64,000 nt of DNA from Guillardia theta CCMP2712. Its lineage: Eukaryota > Protista > Cryptophyta. Location of the stretch: the NCBI RefSeq assembly GCF_000315625.1, contig NW_005434553.1, forward strand, positions 97,170 through 161,169, given 5' to 3'. Position numbers and translations under genes: made by a program. This document shows, piece after piece, positions 59,166 to 64,000 of this stretch; the first letter of the stretch is position 1; every line of letters starts with the position of its first letter. A model generated the notes under the pieces. That model saw only the letters and a program-made list of their open reading frames with translations, did not search any database and was not told the DNA's origin.

Positions 59166-59871
59166 ATGGCAAGAGCGACGTATGATCCAGCATACATAGT
59201 CTTCCCCAGACGGAGAAGGAGCGCCCCCGATCAGCAGCGACCTTCCGCCATGTCCATCACCAGAGCCTCCCTCGAAGCTCTCTTCTGCATGCGCCAGGTC
59301 CACGCTGCGGAGCACCTGGTGAGGCAGAGGCTTGTGTGAGGAGGGAGAGGGAGGAGGAGGAGCTGATGGGGAGGTTGCTTGGCAGGAGATCTCGCTGACG
59401 GCGCTGAAGAACGCGTGCAAGTCACTAGGGATCGATCGCTGGCCGTACAGCAAAGGCCCCACACAAGGAATTGCTACTCCATGCCAGACAGCAGCGTTCC
59501 ATGTAAAGGACTCGCCGAGGCTGTCGGAAGGAAAGGAAGATGAGGATGAGATTGAGGACAAGGATGATGGGTATGTTGTGAATGTCAGCACTGAAGATTC
59601 AGAGCTTCTGCATGTTGAATCCCATCGGCCGTTGGAACTAGATCAACCCGACTCTGATCACAACATGTACATACCTCCAAGTTGGTCTCCTCAAGATCTG
59701 TACCTCGAGCCGCGTGACTCAAATCCTCTCATGGCTGAGAGCGATCCACCAGAACAGCATGATGGAGACTCTGCAGACGAGCCGATGGAACTGACAAGAG
59801 AATGGATCGAGTGGTTTGTTGGACTAGCACACGACGACCCAACGATAGATATGGATGTTGATTGGACTTGA
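59166..59871 (+). CDS. RWP-RK transcription factor, array copy 4 (intron 59319-59385)
   Basis: MARATYDPAYIVFPRRRR...AEHL/EISLTALKNACKSLGIDRWPYSK; C-terminal WIEWFVG. Confidence 0.88.
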
Positions 59872-61843
59872 GAAAGCTCAACTGATAGATGTTTGCACGT
59901 TTGAAAGTTGTCAACACGAGAGGTTCTCGTGCGTTTCTTGAAAACCTGCTGAAATGAAAAAGCATAGGCTTGAGAGATATCACAACGTTCTGTGAAAGGA
60001 GATTAAGGAAATCCTCCAGTTAGGCTTGTTGTTTCTTTTCGTGCATGTTTTATTAGATAGACCGAATCTTTCGATGCATTAAAAGAGGTATGATAGCAAG
60101 ACGATATCTGAGTTTGATCTAGTTGCCAGCATAAGAACTTGGACTCAAACTTTGGTACTTCACCGATCGTAGCCTCAGTGCCAACATCAAGGAAACTGGC
60201 AGTGGCAACGAACTTTGGAAGATCGGAAAGATCCAGTGGAACTTCTGTCATTTCAAGTGGCTGTGTTGACCACAACTGAAGTCACAGTGTTCCGATCAGA
60301 ATGTCCGCAGGCTGGTCTGGCAGTCACGCCTTGACCGCCATGCTTGCGGCGCTTCACCATCAGTGTTGATGATGCTGCCCGGCCTGCCTCACGATCGTAC
60401 CGATTCAGTGACGGCGGCCCAAGTCGGGCCCCCGGGGAGGCCGCGCGGCGGCCGGCCGGGCGCGACTCAGTAGGCCTAGTGTTATCTTTCTTTGTTTTAC
60501 AAGTGTTTTTTAGGGTTATCCACTGTAGTAACTGAAACTTGCCATGCCGCTGCTGCTGAGTTGCCATGGCGAGACTCAGGGGCCTGTCAGCTGAATGCCA
60601 CCAGCTGGGCTATGACAGACACTGATCCAGCTCTGTGATGAACACGCCTGCGAGTTGACTTCAGTGAGATGATATCTGATGTAGGGCAGATAGTACTTGA
60701 CTCTCACTCGTACTCAACGAAGAAGTTACAGTTAGTCCGTCAGATTTGCCGTGATGCGACAAGAGTAGGAGGGAGGAGGACACAATGGAGCAGGATTGCG
60801 AAAGTCAACTCTGCTGTGAGATATATGCTGCAGTGAACCAAGTTAAGAGGTCTGAAAGATGGAGATACTTCATGTTGGCAGTTGGTAGGCCCCGGAGGCC
60901 CTCAGGAAGTTGATAGTGTCATACCAACTCTAAGCAGGACTCGACCTTCAGTTGGCTGGATGTTTGTGCATTGAGACAACAAGTCAAGGCACAAGAAGCT
61001 GTATGAGGATCTGAATGATTGATGAAAGACTTCATAACTTATGAAGGACAGAATGCTGTTTCAAGAGGGGGAACTCGCTCAATGATTGTGAATGATGTTG
61101 ATTGAATAGAGGATTCATGCTCATTGATCGAAGTCCTTCAGTTGCTGATATCTAGATCGTCTTTTCTCTTTTCCATTACAAGCTTCTTGACCAGCTCACG
61201 CCCATTGAATGGCTCAGTCAAGGTTTTTGTTGTATCAACGGCCGTCAACGTGATCTAAGAGGTACAAGGATGAAAGCGAGGTAGAGACAGAACTTTAGTT
61301 TCAACGCTCACCTTGGACTCAGGGGCAAGACGAGAAACCAATATGGTTCCTCAAACTCTAGAAGCGCCCTGTCTAGTGGTGCTCATTCCTCGAACCTGAG
61401 GCATACTCAAGTAATCTTCTCCACAGACTTGAAGAAGAGCAACAGCCCGCGCTTGCCGTGACTTCCATCTTGACTTGTCGACTCGCAAGTTGACTCTCTG
61501 TTGCAGAACTCCTCGGAGCCAGCAAGGGAACAGAGAGAACGAGCATGTTCAAACCCCTCTGATGCGCCTCGACCTGCGGGTGCGACGAAGCACGTTGCGA
61601 TGATTGATAGCTTGCTCATCTGTGCTGATCAGAAAGTCGAGGATGCTTCTGAGAGTCAGGGTGGGAGTCGTAATGATCCCAAATCTTTCACAAGCAGGAT
61701 TTCTCGCGAGGTCTCATCGCCTAGAAAAACAAGCACGGCGGTAATGAATCATTATGTCACAAACATGGAAGCGTGCTTTTGCGTTGGGATGTCCATATGA
61801 ATGATTCTGAAGATGACAGGGAGGGTTCCATACATCAAGGGGC

Positions 61844-62707
61844 ATGGACAGCGTCTCCGAAAAGCGCAGATTGTTTTGCAGTCCGTCAAAGTCAGGTGAA
61901 TTTCATCCTATGTATCACGAATGTGTGATCTTGTTCTCCACAGACAAATCTTGTCCAGGAAGCGCCAGGAAGTCTATCGAGCCGGATCAAGTACAGGACA
62001 TTATACTCCGCCTCGATCAGAACAAGAAATCTCTCAGAGAAGCTTTCCTCCTGCTTGACCGAGATCGCGACGGGTTCATATCGTATCGCGATTGGAAGGA
62101 GGGCATCCAGAAGCTGGACACGACAAGGCGAGTAGAAGCTGAGAACATGTCAGGTCAAGCTCTCACGTTCAGAGAATTTTCGAAGATAGCGGACGACTGT
62201 ATCGACAAGTCGAAGTTCAGGCAGTGCGCTGCTCCTTTCCTCAACTGGAACCCCAGCCAGCAGTACCTCCGCATGTGGGCACGGGAGAAGCCTCCTCGGC
62301 TAGAGGTACCAGCAGAGTCTACGCCGAGACGAGAATTTAATGTGCTGGAGGCGACTGAAAGCGTGGAGGGAGACGCGAGAGAGAAGAGGAGGGAGAGGAT
62401 AGTGATGGAGTGGGAGCAGCGCTTTGACAGTGCGCGCAAGCAAGTGGCGGAGAAGATGAGAGAGCGGGGTGAGATGAAGCGTCTCACGGAGATCGCCAAG
62501 GAGGATGGGATGGTTGCTCGCATCAAAAGAGAGCAAGAAGCACAAGCGCGCTTCTTCAAGGAGTTCTGCAATTCTATCCCACCCAGCATCACGAAGCCTT
62601 ATGCCCCAGAAATCCACATGCTTGAATTCGCCAACGCCACAAGCCAGTGGTATAAGGGGTTGGGAAACGCAGGATCAAGCAGCAAGCATAGGATGAAGAT
62701 GCAGTGA
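61844..62707 (+). CDS. EF-hand protein (true start may lie in upstream exons from ~60.8 kb)
   Basis: LREAFLLLDRDRDGFISYRDW is an EF-hand loop; followed by a charged coiled-coil. Confidence 0.65.
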   Translation: MDSVSEKRRLFCSPSKSGEFHPMYHECVILFSTDKSCPGSARKSIEPDQVQDIILRLDQNKKSLREAFLLLDRDRDGFISYRDWKEGIQKLDTTRRVEAENMSGQALTFREFSKIADDCIDKSKFRQCAAPFLNWNPSQQYLRMWAREKPPRLEVPAESTPRREFNVLEATESVEGDAREKRRERIVMEWEQRFDSARKQVAEKMRERGEMKRLTEIAKEDGMVARIKREQEAQARFFKEFCNSIPPSITKPYAPEIHMLEFANATSQWYKGLGNAGSSSKHRMKMQ

Positions 62708-62759
62708 AGGCTTTCGATACATGATGATTACTATCATCGCAAGTTATCTTCCAAGTTGT

Positions 62760-64000
62760 TTGGCCAAAACCTCCTCTCGCGAATTCATCGATAACATGTA
62801 GTTCAGTTTTCCTCCTGATTGAAATACCTTAAGATACACCAGGCATGCGAACAAACACAGTTCACCTCAAAACGGAGCTCAAGAATCTCTTCAATCTTTG
62901 GCATGATCTTGCTGATCTCCTCCTGCAAATGAATTCTATCACGCCCAACCTCCGTATCAATTTCGCTTCCTGACCTCCGGCAGGGTGAAGTACGTCTTCT
63001 TCTTACTTTTTGTTTGCTCTCCTAGAATATTGTCAACAATCATCAAATTTTCTTCACTTCATTGAGCTCTACCCGGTTTTGCAATGATGAGAACTGGTTC
63101 CAGGGGCTCGGTGACCTGAGAACAGACGCATCACATGATCTCAAGACATCGGAGTGAGGCGTGCTCTGCAAGCTCACCAGGTACTCTATTCCTTTCTCCT
63201 CATAGCTCGTGATAACTTTCACAAATTCCTCATCCTCTCCTTCTCTCCCAGTCAGGAAGGGAAGAATTCCCAGATCGCACACCTGCTTCCCCCAGGTCCT
63301 CGAGATCTTCTTCATCGTCACCGATGTCTCCTAGACGTCCGTGAGCACCTCTGGACCCACAGCACTACATGTCAAGCAGCAACACTGACCTTGCAGTGTG
63401 AGAACGACAGCTGAGTCAATGAGCTCGACATCTTGCTCAGCACAAGCCTTGTAAGCCCCTGACACCAGAAAGGCGAGGCAAGGCCCGCTGTCAACCTATG
63501 TGAAGAGGTTCCAAGAATGTTCACCTGGGAAAAGTTTGGGAATGTCATCGTCACTGACGGGAATCAACTCCTCTCCATCTGAATCCTTGTCCACATACGC
63601 GAGCACTACAGATAACACAGGTCAATGTTCGCTTAATCGAGTTCGCTCTAGAAGCATCACCGACGGGTGTATCGCAGGGGTAAACAAGTGCATATTCCTG
63701 TCCATCCACAACAACCTCCTCGTCCACGTAGCAATCAATGGTTTTTCCTGTCTTGGTGTCCTTTACCACGACCTCGACTTCCTCCTCCTCCATGTCTGCC
63801 GTGTCGGAATCCTTGTTGCTTTGCTGCAGAACAAGAGGGGACCTCATGATTCTTGAATGCTGCTTGATCTGACCGAGGATTGAATCTTGCACGCTCCTAG
63901 TCTTGGCATCAAAGTTGCGGAGGGGCAGTGCTGAAGAAATTCTGCATGCGGCCAATCCAGGCGATCGAGTCAACGACGGCGTCGCTCCTGCTGAAGAAAC
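62760..64000 (-). CDS. DUF3727/DUF1292-like protein of probable cyanobacterial origin, multi-exon, start likely beyond window
   Basis: VVVKDTKTGKTIDCYVDEEVVVDGQEYALVYPCDTPV and EDEEFVKVITSYEEKGIEYLV resemble the family from memory; upstream transit-like Ser/Arg/Ala sequence. Confidence 0.55.

Noticed and set aside
24403-59871. Nitrogen-regulation gene cluster (AMT, NtrC-like, RWP-RK)
   Set aside because: The genes are 12-14 kb apart with unrelated genes between; RWP-RK appears expanded; the NtrC-like protein lacks GAFTGA and HTH. Co-location is plausibly chance.
1-64000. tRNA, rRNA or snRNA genes
   Set aside because: No cloverleaf or conserved rRNA/snRNA signature recognised; a covariance-model scan was not possible.

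Overview
Eukaryotic nuclear DNA with short GT-AG introns, microsatellite-filled introns and assembly gaps. It is most likely from a cryptophyte alga (Guillardia-like). This is inferred from bipartite signal+Phe plastid presequences, the LHC type and many RWP-RK genes, not from a database match. Genes, left to right: divergent Hsp70-like (-), FKBP-TPR (+), intronless RWP-RK (-), long-chain acyl-CoA synthetase (+), kinesin-4-like motor with a C-terminal SAP domain (-), AmtB-type ammonium transporter (+), OPR repeat protein (-), two uncharacterised spliced genes, a plastid-targeted NtrC-like AAA+/membrane 4Fe-4S fusion (-), SHAQKYF Myb (-), LHC (-), an unknown gene (+), AT-hook+SAM protein (-), a four-gene RWP-RK tandem array (+), EF-hand protein (+) and a DUF3727-like protein (-). 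The most striking non-genic structure is a recurring layered island: a GC-rich micro-palindrome core, GACTCAG/ACCGT shoulders and often TACCC/GGGTA flanks. Islands lie upstream of gene 5' ends, mostly between divergent genes, and were not seen at convergent ends. Three share a conserved ~30-bp AT-rich motif (four copies in all). Paralogous repeats beside the islands differ by short palindrome-forming insertions, suggesting an active local mutational process builds them. Exon boundaries were read by eye.
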